DNA from: Octopus bimaculoides
Taxonomy: Eukaryota
Length of the DNA stretch: 64,000 bases
Assembly (NCBI RefSeq): GCF_001194135.2
Contig: NC_068989.1
Location: 64,046,609 to 64,110,608 of the forward strand
Direction of reading: 5' to 3'
Part shown: piece by piece, positions 38,677 through 52,162 of the stretch
How the letters are laid out: each line of letters opens with the position of its first letter
Numbering within the stretch: position 1 is the stretch's first letter
Notes under the pieces: model-generated
What the model was told of the DNA's origin: nothing
What the model saw: the letters and a program-made list of their open reading frames with translations, nothing else
Databases searched by the model: none
Program-made: the position numbers and the translations under genes

Positions 38677-39359
38677 ATCTACTGGCTCAAGCCTAAATCT
38701 CTTCAGCACTTCGAAGTGTATTCTATATAAAGAGCACCTGTTTCTAACCTATATATATNNNNNNNNNNNNNNNNNNNNNNNNNNNNNNNNNNNNNNNNNN
38801 NNNNNNNNNNNNNNNNNNNNNNNNNNNNNNNNNNNNNNNNNNNNNNNNNNNNNNNNNNNNNNNNNNNNNNNNNNNNNNNNNNNNNNNNNNNNNNNNNNNN
38901 NNNNNNNNNNNNNNNNNNNNNNNNNNNNNNNNNNNNNNNNNNNNNNNNNNNNNNNNNNNNNNNNNNNNNNNNNNNNNNNNNNNNNNNNNNNNNNNNNNNN
39001 NNNNNNNNNNNNNNNNNNNNNNNNNNNNNNNNNNNNNNNNNNNNNNNNNNNNNNNNNNNNNNNNNNNNNNNNNNNNNNNNNNNNNNNNNNNNNNNNNNNN
39101 NNNNNNNNNNNNNNNNNNNNNNNNNNNNNNNNNNNNNNNNNNNNNNNNNNNNNNNNNNNNNNNNNNNNNNNNNNNNNNNNNNNNNNNNNNNNNNNNNNNN
39201 NNNNNNNNNNNNNNNNNNNNNNNNNNNNNNNNNNNNNNNNNNNNNNNNNNNNNNNNNNNNNNNNNNNNNNNNNNNNNNNNNNNNNNNNNNNNNNNNNNNN
39301 NNNNNNNNNNNNNNNNNNNNNNNNNNNNNNNNNNNNNNNNNNNNNNNNNNNNNNNNNNN

Positions 39360-39393
<34 letters not shown>

Positions 39394-40161
39394 AACATAT
39401 GTATGTATGTACATTAGGTCGCTACGAATATATGTAAAGTACAAAGAGAAATAATTTTTTTTTAAATTTTCACTCAGCAACTGAAAAAAGGAAGAAAACT
39501 TTTTTTCGTATTATATACTATGATGGAAAACTTGGATAAAAGAAAGTATTTTATTTCATCAATAATTCCATAGAATTATTACGGTGAACTAGTTCAATAT
39601 ATTTGCAAATGCGTCCTCAATAAACTCTTCTACTTGTTTAATATAGGGTCTTAACACGCACCAACAACTGAATCTGTATATGGTCACGCATACAGACTCA
39701 TTGGTTGGTGCGTGTTTATTGTCATATGTAAATATAAATAGCAGCTTCAAACACCCATGAATCACACACTACCATGATAAGAGAAAGTGAAGATATATTG
39801 TATAATGTAGCCTATGATTACGTAGAGACAACCTTGTTTCAATCAAGGTCCCGTAAGTTTCGTATCAGTGATACACTGAGATCAATTTAACCCACTATAC
39901 ACCCTCTCTACCAAAATTTGACTTTGAAGATCAAATTTTCCTACGTTTTAAGTCTCACGAGACACGAGAGCGCTTCTGTAATGAGAATATTTTTTTCATC
40001 ACCACTGACCTTTTTTTCTGTTCTTGACTGAAAATTTTTTTAAAAAATTATTTCTGTTTATACTTTACATATATTTGCAACAACCTATTTTGTGTGTGTG
40101 CATGTGTGTGCGTGCGTGTATGTGCGTGTTTGGGTGGGTGTATATCTGTATATGTACATGC

Positions 40162-40215
<54 letters not shown>

Positions 40216-40228
40216 GTGTCTTTGTGTG

Positions 40229-40259
<31 letters not shown>

Positions 40260-41042
40260 ATAACGCATACATATAAATATTCAATATATACAAATGATTT
40301 ATGGAATATCTATCTATCCATCTACATATTAGTGCAGTTCTAGCGAAAACCGATGACGTTATTTCTGTTTTTTTTTTCTCTAATTCTCAATCACCCTACA
40401 GTTTGGAGACGTGAACTCTTTTTTTTTTTACTTCCATACACACACGCACACACAAACACACACTTGCACTTTGGACGACTTCTTTTTTCATTAAAATCGC
40501 GTCCAACCGTTTTAAGTAAGCCTACGACTTATTACATAATGTAGTCCTACATAATCTTAAAACTATAGGATGGTCACGACGGGGTTGCTTTTGATCACAG
40601 GTCTGATCGATGAAGGTTGACGTTTAAGCTAACAATTGCAAAGAAATAAAAAGAGAATATATTTCTAATTTTTTATATGAATTTATCTACATAAGAAAGT
40701 GCGTGATGTTGTGGTTAAGGTTTCGAACTGGTTAGATATCTCGATCAGGTGGAGCGTTGCGACCTCGAACAAAGCTGAAAATGAAGAAAATCTGGGAGTT
40801 GATCTTGTGATGGACTGGCTTTCCGACAGGGAGCACCGAGGCTTGTAATTTTAATTATTTATCGCCTCCACGACTAGAATAATGGCCGGTCTAAAGATCC
40901 AGCAATCTCAAGACAGATTTAAAGTTATTTAAAATATTTGTGTCTATTCTTGTGTATATGTTTTAAATGATAAAATGGTAATTGAATTTCATTGCTCATC
41001 TTTTTATACTTTATTCCCCTTATTTCTGTTGTTTACTTGCAG

Positions 41043-41266
41043 GATTATACCATAACGCTATATCTTAATCAGTATTGGATCGATGAACGTTTAGTTTACT
41101 CAAACAATTCAGACGATAATCTCACCCTGACTGGAGATTTTGCCGAAAACATCTGGGTGCCAGACACATTCTTTGCCAACGACAAAAACTCGTTTCTCCA
41201 TGACATCACTGAGAAAAATAAGATGATCCGGTTGTTCGGAAACGGATCAATTGTATACGGCATGAG
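41043..41266 (+). CDS. Lcch3: Internal coding exon of a GABA-A receptor beta-like (LCCH3-type) Cys-loop channel subunit, extracellular domain
   Basis: Pyrimidine tract + ttgcAG acceptor (41041-42) and AG|gtaagt donor (41267). The 224 nt translate as DYTITLYLNQYWIDERLVYSNNSDDNLTLTGDFAENIWVPDTFFANDKNSFLHDITEKNKMIRLFGNGSIVYGM(R), with the WVPDTFFAN loop A motif. This closely matches Drosophila Lcch3 and the Lymnaea GABA beta subunit as I recall them. Phase 0 start, phase 2 end. Confidence 0.96.
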
Positions 41267-41798
41267 GTAAGTGTAAACAAACTTACTAATTTAATCTTAA
41301 AAGACAAATGACGCTTGCCTTCATATTCATCCATCATAAATAACAGAAAATCTATGGCTTGAACACTCAGCTCTTGTAATCAAATGTTGTAAATATTTCC
41401 TTAACGCCGAAGTGGATCTAATGTCAAAATAGTGGAACACATATCACAAAAACTTCCTTTAATGATGTAATTTTAGGTTCCTCAGAGATCAATTGAATGT
41501 CTACTCGTTCGTGATTTATTTGGGGTTATTTCTCTTTCTTTTTCTGTCTTCTGGTAGAGGGTTTAGTGAAAGATTAAACTTCACCTGTGGGACAATTTTG
41601 CTGATATTTTAAATTTCCTGGAGGGGGAAAGGACAAATAAACGAAAACTCATAGATTATCCTCGATCCCAATATTTGCAAAATAGAGGGGAATCAACAAA
41701 ATAGACACAAAGTCCATACGGAGGAGGTGAACTGGACAAAATTTTTTTGGTCTAAAATATGAATAATTCGGCCATCGAAATTTTGTATATTTTCCATT

Positions 41799-41906
41799 TA
41801 CCAAATTCCAGCAACTCCTAACTTTGACAGAAAGCAACTTGGAATGATACCAAATTTGGAGCAACTCCAAACTTTGACAGAAAGCCCTTGGAATGATACC
41901 AAATTT
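41799..41906. repeat. 49-bp minisatellite, about 2.2 copies
   Basis: taccaaatt..agcaactcc.aactttgacagaaagc..cttggaatga starts at 41799, 41848 and 41897. Confidence 0.85.
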
Positions 41907-42464
41907 AAAATGGGAACGGATGACTGCAAAACGAATTTCTGAAACACGCAGTCGTTACGATATATCTGACCTAACGTGATAACTATCGTTATGTTTTGAA
42001 GCCTAACCTCAGGCTCAAGAATTATTCCATCAACTCCAATATTCTTTGAGACATTGTGAAGGCAAGTAAACTAGAATGGTTTCCAGGCAAAACTTATTTC
42101 TACATGAAATCTTGGAGAAGTACAAGTTATTACAGAAATATTTTGTTTCTGTGTAAAATATCTCGTCTTATCAGTGCACTACTTGACCCTTTAACTACTT
42201 GGCTATTGTCGTTCCCAAACGCTTATCTGATTAGATTAACATATTGATAGATTGTGCTTAGTAATTTGTGGTCAAACCATAAACATCGTTTCAATTAGAT
42301 CAAGGTCATCATGCGGTCGAACACTTCCCTATCCACATGAGTTACTACTACAAACTAACACCACAAATATCACTTATTCAGTTGTTACAGAAGAATTGCA
42401 TTTTCTTGTTTATCGCTTTATGAGTATTTGAAATGCGAGTATCAGTTGAAAGAATGAAAACCGG

Positions 42465-42523
<59 letters not shown>

Positions 42524-43499
42524 CTGTCTATTTATCTGTCTGTCTCTTTCCTTCTGTGTTTCTCTCTGCTTCAATTTGTTTCTTTGCCTTTTATTCTTTC
42601 CTTCATGCACATATCTATCTCTATCTATCTATCTATTTATCTCTTTCTTTGTCTCTCTCTTTCTATAGACACATCTATACCTATAAACATGTTTCACTTT
42701 TATCTTGACCTCCATCTTCTCACTTATTCGCTTTACATTCAATCTATTTAATTTCTTTTCACCCACTCTCTTTCATCGTTTTATCTAACCTCCATTCAAT
42801 ATTCTTACGCCCATCCAATTCTCTCTCTCTCTCTCACCCTTTCTCTCTCTTTCTCTCTTCAACTCCTTATCTTTACTCACTCATATAATCTTTTTCTGTA
42901 TCTATTACCACTTACTTTATCTTGTTATTTCTCCTCACTCCGTCCAAACAATTTCTTTTAATATCCTCATAAATTCAATTATACATTCTTCATTACTTCT
43001 TCGAAAGTCAGCGCATTGTGAAACGTCAAAAATTTCACCAATCCTCTCTACACACAGTTTTATCTTATTTACAACTTTTGACACCTTTTTCTGCAGAGGT
43101 GGGTGCCAGCAGAAATATTTCTAGTTTTCTGGGACTTAGTTAACAGTTCAATAATTGTTTATTTATAATTAAGTAAGCAAGGCAGTCATAAGAACTCGAC
43201 TTATTGTTGACAGAAGTAAACAAAAGCAATACTGTAGAAAATATTTCTTCCTGTGTCGCTGTCATTTTTCTCACCTCACCCTTCGCTAAAAACATTGTCC
43301 TCGATGACTTCAACACTCATAAATCTTCTTGATTTTTACACTCATCCCTTTTAGAGGGCACCGTTTTCGTCCCTTGCGTTTATCTCTGACCGAAATACAA
43401 TCACATTAAATATCCTCCAACTTTTTTCTCACTTCCACATTCAAACTCAACTTTAACTAAACTATCACTGCTTCTGAATTTATCGGAGCGTCTAGTCAC

Positions 43500-43761
43500 T
43501 GCCTGGATCTATTTTAAAACGGGGGCACCAGTATTTTCTTAACGAAACACTAACGAAACACTTTGAAACTTGGGACACTGGTAGAATGTGTCATATAAAA
43601 CATCTTTTACTCTTAGTCTTCTTAACAAAAAATGGAATTCGCAAGTTATTCCATGTTAAAGTTGTCGTATTTCTGTAATTTCAACCAATCACTGACGTCT
43701 ATTCAGCTGAATAGAGTTACTGCTGGGCGGTCATAAAAATGTTATTCCCTGTGACATATTT
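43500..43761. mobile_element. Possible DNA transposon terminus, running into a 1 kb gap
   Basis: Starts after TTAA. Contains aaacttgggacactggtagaatgtgtc..ccaatcactgacgtc, typical of non-autonomous DNA element ends. Other end not visible. Confidence 0.3.
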
Positions 43762-44760
43762 NNNNNNNNNNNNNNNNNNNNNNNNNNNNNNNNNNNNNNN
43801 NNNNNNNNNNNNNNNNNNNNNNNNNNNNNNNNNNNNNNNNNNNNNNNNNNNNNNNNNNNNNNNNNNNNNNNNNNNNNNNNNNNNNNNNNNNNNNNNNNNN
43901 NNNNNNNNNNNNNNNNNNNNNNNNNNNNNNNNNNNNNNNNNNNNNNNNNNNNNNNNNNNNNNNNNNNNNNNNNNNNNNNNNNNNNNNNNNNNNNNNNNNN
44001 NNNNNNNNNNNNNNNNNNNNNNNNNNNNNNNNNNNNNNNNNNNNNNNNNNNNNNNNNNNNNNNNNNNNNNNNNNNNNNNNNNNNNNNNNNNNNNNNNNNN
44101 NNNNNNNNNNNNNNNNNNNNNNNNNNNNNNNNNNNNNNNNNNNNNNNNNNNNNNNNNNNNNNNNNNNNNNNNNNNNNNNNNNNNNNNNNNNNNNNNNNNN
44201 NNNNNNNNNNNNNNNNNNNNNNNNNNNNNNNNNNNNNNNNNNNNNNNNNNNNNNNNNNNNNNNNNNNNNNNNNNNNNNNNNNNNNNNNNNNNNNNNNNNN
44301 NNNNNNNNNNNNNNNNNNNNNNNNNNNNNNNNNNNNNNNNNNNNNNNNNNNNNNNNNNNNNNNNNNNNNNNNNNNNNNNNNNNNNNNNNNNNNNNNNNNN
44401 NNNNNNNNNNNNNNNNNNNNNNNNNNNNNNNNNNNNNNNNNNNNNNNNNNNNNNNNNNNNNNNNNNNNNNNNNNNNNNNNNNNNNNNNNNNNNNNNNNNN
44501 NNNNNNNNNNNNNNNNNNNNNNNNNNNNNNNNNNNNNNNNNNNNNNNNNNNNNNNNNNNNNNNNNNNNNNNNNNNNNNNNNNNNNNNNNNNNNNNNNNNN
44601 NNNNNNNNNNNNNNNNNNNNNNNNNNNNNNNNNNNNNNNNNNNNNNNNNNNNNNNNNNNNNNNNNNNNNNNNNNNNNNNNNNNNNNNNNNNNNNNNNNNN
44701 NNNNNNNNNNNNNNNNNNNNNNNNNNNNNNNNNNNNNNNNNNNNNNNNNNNNNNNNNNNN

Positions 44761-44819
<59 letters not shown>

Positions 44820-45239
44820 ATTTATCTATCTATCTATTTCTATCTTTTTCTCTCCCTCTTTTCCTCTCAATGAGAATATCCCGGTCTTTGGAAACACATT
44901 ATAATGTTCTTTATCTTCCACGATTATATCAGCCTTATGAACGATGTCCATAAAATCTGGAATTTAATAATATAACATAAATCTACTGTTCTCCCTTAAT
45001 TGATGGTTAATACTTTCGTCCACTTTTCCGCAAGTTATGCATTTGCTGTCTGAGTTTAATTAATTTTTGTCTTTAGCAAATTCATGTTCATGGCTTGTAT
45101 TTTGAAAGTTTCTCCGTTTCGGTTAGAGAAACATTGTTATCTGTTGGTATTGATACATCGATTAGAAAGCAGTTTTTTGTTGCTGATTATTATTATTATT
45201 ATTATTATTATCATTTATGGTTTCTTTTCATCATAATTT

Positions 45240-45960
45240 TATTTCAGCTGCCTTAGTACCGGGCAGCCTCTATAGGCCAAGAGTAGCAAGGGCACTTTTG
45301 TTTTGCTATGCATGCTAAAATTATCACCACATTTATTCCATTTTAGATGGAGAGTGCTTTCCGTAGTATATAGGCTGTACCCATCAAGGTTATCTTTTGT
45401 AGTTCACGGAGATTGGAGTTACTTAATATTCTTCTCAGCTCCCTTCTTTATCATTCTCAGTGCACCAATTACTATTGGTGTTATCGTAGTATTAAGCTTT
45501 GTGATTTCAATTTGCAGATCTTTATAGTGAGTAAGCTTTTTGTATTCCTTTCTCGAGACATTTTCATCTTGTGGGACAGACATATCCATTAACAGACAAG
45601 TTCCTCTGTTGTAGTCCTTGATCACAATGTCTGGTCGATTGGAGTCAATTTTTCTATCTGTTTGTATTGGGAAGTTCCAAAGTATCGTGGCGCCCCCGTC
45701 ATTTACTACATCCTCTGGATGATGCTTGTACCACTTATCATGGGATTTAATTTTGTCGTATTTCCAAGCATTCCAGTGGATGTACTGCTCTAGTCATTCA
45801 TGTCTTATGAGGTACTCCTTTTCATGAGGAGTGGGCAGCCAGAAACAACATGATCAATTGTCTCTGTAAATTTTCCGCAAATTCTGTACAAGGAGTCAGA
45901 TCCACCATTAAGGACGTTTGCATGGTAGTTTCTGGTAGGTATGCTCTCAATAACAAAACC
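45240..45960 (-). mobile_element. R4/Dong-like non-LTR fragment: Zn knuckle plus restriction-like endonuclease
   Basis: PTRNYHANVLNGGSDSLYRICGKFTETIDHVVSGCP..(frameshift)..YIHWNAWKY..WYKHHPEDVV..ILWNFPIQTDRKIDSNRPDIVIKD..CLLMDMSVPQDENV..KE..K..Y.DLQIEI..PIVIGAL. Flanked by (ATT)n at about 45186-45215 and 45990-46055. Confidence 0.88.
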
Positions 45961-45988
45961 TTGTATCCTCTTCTTTACTTTTTGTTTG

Positions 45989-46056
<68 letters not shown>

Positions 46057-46214
46057 CCATGCTTACTGCATAAGCTTTGCGCATAAACTTTGTAATAATG
46101 AGTCGTCCATCCGCAACCTGTGGGCTAAGGTAACATATTACAGTCAGATTTCGAGAACTTTACGACGTATTCGTATACTGCTTTGTGTAGGTGCACTATC
46201 TTCACATTTACCCT

Positions 46215-46492
46215 TCTCAATCCGGTTTTTTTAGCTTGGTACTTATAGCATCTAGACTCTCACAACAACATGCATAACTTGCTTCAGTGAAGCCAGTCTT
46301 TTTATTTCCCATTTCAAATCATCTCATCTGACCTGTTTCTCTTCTTTGATTTCTGATACTCTATAATCACCAGGGCATCCAATGTCTATGATTAAACAGG
46401 TTTTTACCTCTTTATTCACAACCACTATATCCGGCTATCGATGTTCGATTTCATGGTTACATTCGAGTATTGCATCCATAAATATTCTTACC
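46215..46492 (-). mobile_element. Older RLE endonuclease fragment
   Basis: ECNHEIEHR*PDIVVVNKEVKTCLIIDIGCPGDYRVSEIKEEK..DDLKWEIKRL (PD..D motif). Confidence 0.65.
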
Positions 46493-46524
46493 TAATTCTT
46501 AATCGTTATTATTACTCACAAACA

Positions 46525-46885
46525 ACGGCAAGCTGGCAGAATCGTTAGCACGCTGAACGAAATGCTTAGCGGTATTTAATTCGTCGCTACGTTCTGAGTT
46601 CAAATTCTGCCGAGGTCGACTTCGCCCTTCATCCTTTCGGGGTCGGTAAAATAAGTACCAGTGAAACACTGGGGTCGATGTAATTGACTAGCGCCCTCCT
46701 TCAAAATTTGAGCCCTTGTGCCTATAGTAGAAAGGATTACGTTCTGAGTTCAAATTCTGCCGGGGCCGACTTTGCCTTTCATCCTTTCGGGGTCGAGGAA
46801 ATAAGAACTAGTGGAGCACTGGGGTCGATATAATCGACTAACCTCCGCCCCCCACCAAATTTCAGGCTTTGTGCCTATATTAGAA
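46525..46885 (+). mobile_element. Family A SINE dimer (full unit plus 5'-truncated unit)
   Basis: The second unit starts at gttctgagttcaaattc (about 46741), directly after agaaaggattac. Confidence 0.87.
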
Positions 46886-47527
46886 AGGATTATTACTACT
46901 AATAATACTGTAAATTTCTACGCCTACCGCGCTGAAAATAGAATCTTTAGATTTATTTGTCACATATCCGGCAGGAACTAAATTAATTCGTTTCAGCCAT
47001 TCCGATGACTGGAGTTCAGAATTCACAGATTATAAGAAAATAAAATATGGTCCTATTGGAAAATAAAGAATATTGGAGAGGAGATATCAAACAAATATAC
47101 TAAGTTTAAATATGGCGTTTTAATATCGCACTGCATTACACCAAAATCTAATTTACACCAGAGACGACTGCCTGAATTCATGAACATATTACTTTGCGAA
47201 GTTATAAGGAACTGTTCTAAACAGATACGTTCAGGCTGAAAGAAAGAAAAGTTATTATTTCTTGCTTAAAACACCAAGCATGGCAGCCAATAATGGCGGT
47301 CGATACATACACTGATCAAATGCAAGGAAAAAAGGAAAGTGAAAGTTATTGATCCGCCGAGCGTATGAACTTATTCTTAATTGCTTTCTTATCTGTAAAT
47401 ATCGATGCTTTCACATTCTGATATCTAAATACATACTTTGTCATTATGGCTGTATTTACATCTATTGTGACTGTATTTATCAGAGTGAACAAATTTACGT
47501 AAACATATATGTATATTTCAATTTATG

Positions 47528-47559
<32 letters not shown>

Positions 47560-48018
47560 ATACACGCGCGTGTGTGCGTGCATGTATGTATGTACATACA
47601 TGCATGTATGCTTGTATGTATGAGAATATATATATATTTATACATGTTTACATGTAAATTTACTATGTCTATACTAAAGTGTATTTCTGTGTATTTGAGA
47701 ACGTGTTTGTATGCGTGTGAATGTGTGTGTATGCGTGTGTGTGAGTATGTGTACGTGTGCATGTGTGTGTGTATATCTGTCGGTCTGTCTGTTTGTGTGT
47801 ATGTGTATGTATGTATATATACATATATATTGTGTGTGCCTGTGGGTATATGTGTATGCGTATGTATATATCTGTTCACATAGGTAGGATATACATATAG
47901 GTATACAACCTTACACACACACACACACACATATGTATAGATATGTCATGTAGGTAACTTACATAAAAATATCAATAGGAGTATTTTTGCATAGACATAT
48001 GCACATGCATATATAAAT

Positions 48019-48077
<59 letters not shown>

Positions 48078-48818
48078 AATCAAAGAGAAAGGAACATAAG
48101 ATATGTTCGTGCACATGTATGTGTGTGTGATTGTATGTGTGTGTATGTGTGCATGCTCCTATGACTGTCTGATATGCAAACGAACTGCATTTTCGGATGT
48201 CTAATCGATTATAGCGTCGGGATCTTCATGCGTAATAGCTATGTCTATTTGCATGTGTAACTCGTATATGTATACGTATTTTATGCGCGAATGTGTAAGT
48301 GTTTATATACATACACACACACACATGCATATATANNNNNNNNNNNNNNNNNNNNNNNNNNNNNNNNNNNNNNNNNNNNNNNNNNNNNNNNNNNNNNNNN
48401 NNNNNNNNNNNNNNNNNNNNNNNNNNNNNNNNNNNNNNNNNNNNNNNNNNNNNNNNNNNNNNNNNNNNNNNNNNNNNNNNNNNNNNNNNNNNNNNNNNNN
48501 NNNNNNNNNNNNNNNNNNNNNNNNNNNNNNNNNNNNNNNNNNNNNNNNNNNNNNNNNNNNNNNNNNNNNNNNNNNNNNNNNNNNNNNNNNNNNNNNNNNN
48601 NNNNNNNNNNNNNNNNNNNNNNNNNNNNNNNNNNNNNNNNNNNNNNNNNNNNNNNNNNNNNNNNNNNNNNNNNNNNNNNNNNNNNNNNNNNNNNNNNNNN
48701 NNNNNNNNNNNNNNNNNNNNNNNNNNNNNNNNNNNNNNNNNNNNNNNNNNNNNNNNNNNNNNNNNNNNNNNNNNNNNNNNNTATATATATATATATATAT
48801 ATAAGTATACATATGTAT

Positions 48819-48893
<75 letters not shown>

Positions 48894-49299
48894 TAATATG
48901 TACGTATATAGCTTCTTTATGATTCAGAAAGATAAAGGCTGTCTAAATTGCCAATTCTGCGTATCGTATCAACATTATCAAATATTTATGATATACATGA
49001 GTTCTTCCAAAATATTCATTTTCCATCTCTCAGGACATCTGATAAAACCTCACTTCTCTCAGGTAATCTATCACCAATACACATAAAATGAAACAGAACA
49101 AAAACTATTTCTAAGAAAATCACATCTTTTCTCGACTCTGCACACAATCTTCATAAAGTAGAGCTATTATTTTCTATAATATCCAGAGACCACATTCTCT
49201 CAGTATGTTTCTTACACCTATGTAATCCATATTAACTGATTCTTAAACGGGAATACTGATATTTTTTTTTCCATAAGAATTTTTTTTTATTTAAAAATA

Positions 49300-49500
49300 G
49301 TTTAATTTCGCCACACGGACAACTATTTTGAGAGAATGGGCATAGTCGATTATAACGACCCCATTACTTGAAAGATATTTTATTTTAATGAACCTGAAAA
49401 AATGAAATATCAAGTTCACCTTGGTGTTATTTAAAACTCGAAACAATGACCGGAAAGAAATACCGCAAATCATTTTTTCCGACGATTTAATGATTCTGCT
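49300..49500 (-). mobile_element. Diverged family A SINE
   Basis: Reverse complement retains gcagaatcattaaatcgtcggaaaaaatgatttgcggtatttc and CORE remnants. Confidence 0.6.
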
Positions 49501-49921
49501 TGGTTGCAGCCGTTTTGTTTAAAAATAAGCGTATTAATCATTTGAGACGACCACTAAATTTTACTGGTAAATATTTTGATTTGCTTCTTCCCTCTTAACG
49601 GATAACTGAGAAATTCTACATTCTGTACAACCAGAAATCCTATATGTAGCCGCTTCTTCTATTACGAACGTCAGCCAAATTTCCCTTAGGGAACATCCTA
49701 GTCTTCTAAATAACGAAATGGAACGTTAGACAGATGCAATGAATAGAGCTGAAATATCTTTGATCAGAGTCGACCTGGGGCTAAGAGAACAACATCAGTA
49801 ACACTGTATCAAATCAAGGAATTAAATGCTGTAATATATTGGGTCAGCCATTTTATTCACTTAGATATCTGTGGCGTCGCTGACTAATGCAGCATAAAAT
49901 ATAATGCAACTGTTGAGGGAG

Positions 49922-49987
<66 letters not shown>

Positions 49988-50619
49988 TGCATATCTTCAT
50001 GGAACATTACCAATATTAACAGATCACCACGCTCCGGGGGGTTTTCTACTCTCTGCTGCCTATTATGATAATGTTTACCAAATTCCGACAAGTCTGATGA
50101 AAAAAATTGCCTGGCGTTGAAAAGTCTACCAAAGCTGCAATACGTATATTTTATTATTTATGTAAATATAGAGATTTCAGCCAATTCTTTAAAAATCTAA
50201 TAATAAGACGTGGAACTTAATAAAAAAAATAGCAATACTGTTATATTTTGAATAAATTTTTAATTTGGATTTACATTTTTTTCTCTTTTTTATGTAACGT
50301 ATTTCGTTCTGTAGACTGCAGTAAAATATTCTCATTTTATGTCAGTAAATGTATCCTGGCATAAACTGTAGAATCATTCGCAGTAATATTAAATAACTCT
50401 GTTGGGAGGGAGTTTCTCCTGAAGTCTTTGGTTCTACCGGTGGTTTGCTATGTCAAGGGTGATTTGGCAGTATGCTCGATGCTTTCGTTAATTGTTTTAT
50501 TTGCCCACTTAGTTGCAAGTGGACATAGACAGCCTCTTGGCCCTTCCATTCTTGACCTATTAAAACATCCAAAGTCGGACACCTGAAAGGAGAGAGTACT
50601 ACAGCAGTACGCGTTTGGT

Positions 50620-50755
50620 TTTAGCCCTATCGACCCTATAAAAATGTAAGCCAAAAGTTGACTTTGGTTGAATTTGAGCAAGGAGCACAGGGAGATGGTA
50701 CAAATATAGCAACATATTTTACGTGATAGTTAAACGACTCTGCTAGACGACCGTC
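50620..50755 (-). mobile_element. Strongly diverged family A SINE
   Basis: aacgactctgctagacgaccg and aaagttgactttggttgaatttgagc correspond to the reversed head and B box. Confidence 0.45.
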
Positions 50756-50839
50756 ATTGGGATGTGCTGTCATCACAGGATTCACAAGGGAAACTGCAAA
50801 TGACCACCGTCGAATTCTATTGACAGCTGTAAAAATAAA

Positions 50840-51164
50840 AACTGGTACTCCGTCAGTTACGACGACGAGCATTCCAAGTGATCCGAGGTACGGAAGAGCC
50901 TGCGCGTGAAATTGATGTGCAAGTAACTGTGAACTCCACAGACACGCATACCTTCAACGGAGTTTTCATGAAAATTCAGCGTCACACAGTGTGACAAGGC
51001 TGGTCCTTTCTAATACAGATACTACTCACTTTCGCCAGCTGAGTGGACTTGAGCAACATGAAATAAAGAGTCTTGCTCAAGGACACAACGCCCCACTACG
51101 AATCGAACTTATGACCTTACGATCGTGAGTTGAATATCCTAACCACTAAGCCACGTGCCTTCAC
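50840..51164 (-). mobile_element. Family C SINE
   Basis: Reverse complement begins gtgaaggcacgtggcttagtggttaggatattc..gttcgattcg..gcgttgtgtccttgagcaagac. Confidence 0.87.
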
Positions 51165-51505
51165 AGCTATAAGCCAGTAGGAACAAAGTCCCACGATCAC
51201 CTTTCTCTCCAAAACGAATGAACCTTGTTTCGGCAAATTCCCTGTTTACTGGGTTTCGTTAATGCTAAACAATAGAAGTCATCTTTCATTTTAAGTACAG
51301 TGCTGTAGTAATGAAAGTAGTTAAGTGGAGATAGTCATGGATAAAGTAATACGAGTATTTAAGTGGAGATTGTATGGGTATAGTAACAAAATTTCTTAAT
51401 GTGCGATGGTAATAGCTGTGGGTTTAAGAAGGTCGCCTCTCCTCTATATGTTTTTTTTTTTGGTTCAATACACCGACATGTCACTTTAAAGCGTATGTTC
51501 TAAAG

Positions 51506-52162
51506 CTGCAGTTCCCAACATTTTCTGCCTATAGTCCTCCTTTGATTCTTATTTTACTCAGCTGGGCCCTCGTAGCCATTCCATGTTAAAAAACATTACA
51601 TTATATTTTTAGAACTAAATATCATAAGGAATTGTATAAAGACAATGGTTAAAATATTTTGCATATTATAGAATAATAACTAATTTCTTGCACATAAAGT
51701 TTAGCAATAAAAGGCGCAGGAGTGGCTGTGTGGTAAGTAGCTTGCTTACCAACCACATGGTTCCGGGTTCAGTGCCACTGTGTGGCACCTTGGGCAAGTG
51801 TCTTATACTTTAGCCTCGGGCCGACCAAAGCCTTGTGAGTGGATTTGGTAAACGGAACCTGAAAGAAGCTCGTTATATAAATGTATATATATGTGTGTGT
51901 GTGTGTGTGTCTGTGTTTGTCCCCCCAACATCGCTTGACAACTGATGCTGGTGTGTTTACGTCCCCGTAACTTAGCGCTTCGGCAAAAATTTACCCATAG
52001 AATAAGTACTAGGCTTACAAAGAATAAGCCCTGGGGTCGATATTCTCGATTAAAGGTGGTGCTCCAGCATGGCCGCAGTCAAATGACTGAAACAAGTAAA
52101 AGAGTAACAAGTAAAGAGTATGAACCCCCAAAGGCCATATGGACCCCGGTTGAGAACCACTG
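51506..52162. mobile_element. Older hAT MITE containing a SINE insertion
   Basis: Right TIR ggttgagaaccactg; degenerate left TIR ctgcagttcccaac; imperfect 8-bp flanks ttctaaag / ggctgaag. Confidence 0.6.
51712..52120 (+). mobile_element. Family B tRNA-derived SINE with internal (TA)/(TG) tract
   Basis: aggcgcaggagtggctgtgtggtaag (A box), ttccgggttcagt (B box), ccttgggcaagtgtc core, tail gctccagcatggccgcagtcaaatgactgaaacaagtaaaagag. Confidence 0.9.

Noticed and set aside
40705-40790. Regulatory or conserved element just upstream of the exon
   Set aside because: It looks like a decayed tRNA-derived SINE head (gttgtggttaagg..gcgttgcgacctcgaacaaag); conservation cannot be assessed here.
41190-41232. 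Restorative A-to-I recoding: I>V and K>R in HDITEKNKMIRL would give the Drosophila-like HDVTERNKLVRL
   Set aside because: As I recall, the Lymnaea orthologue also has HDITEKNKM, so I and K are probably molluscan ancestral states. Only MIRL>MVRL remains, and there is no RNA evidence.
40992-41270. 93-aa ORF taken as a complete gene
   Set aside because: The first 17 codons are the intronic pyrimidine tract and the stop is part of the GTAAGT donor; the true exon is 41043-41266.
43280-43330. IVLDDFNTH, similar to the APE endonuclease GDFN motif
   Set aside because: Too short and degraded to support a LINE call.
50090-50135. CTGATGA..GAAAAGTC motif
   Set aside because: Stems I and II do not pair.
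50840-52120. tRNA genes
   Set aside because: The A/B boxes belong to SINE heads that run into core and tail domains; no complete cloverleaf.
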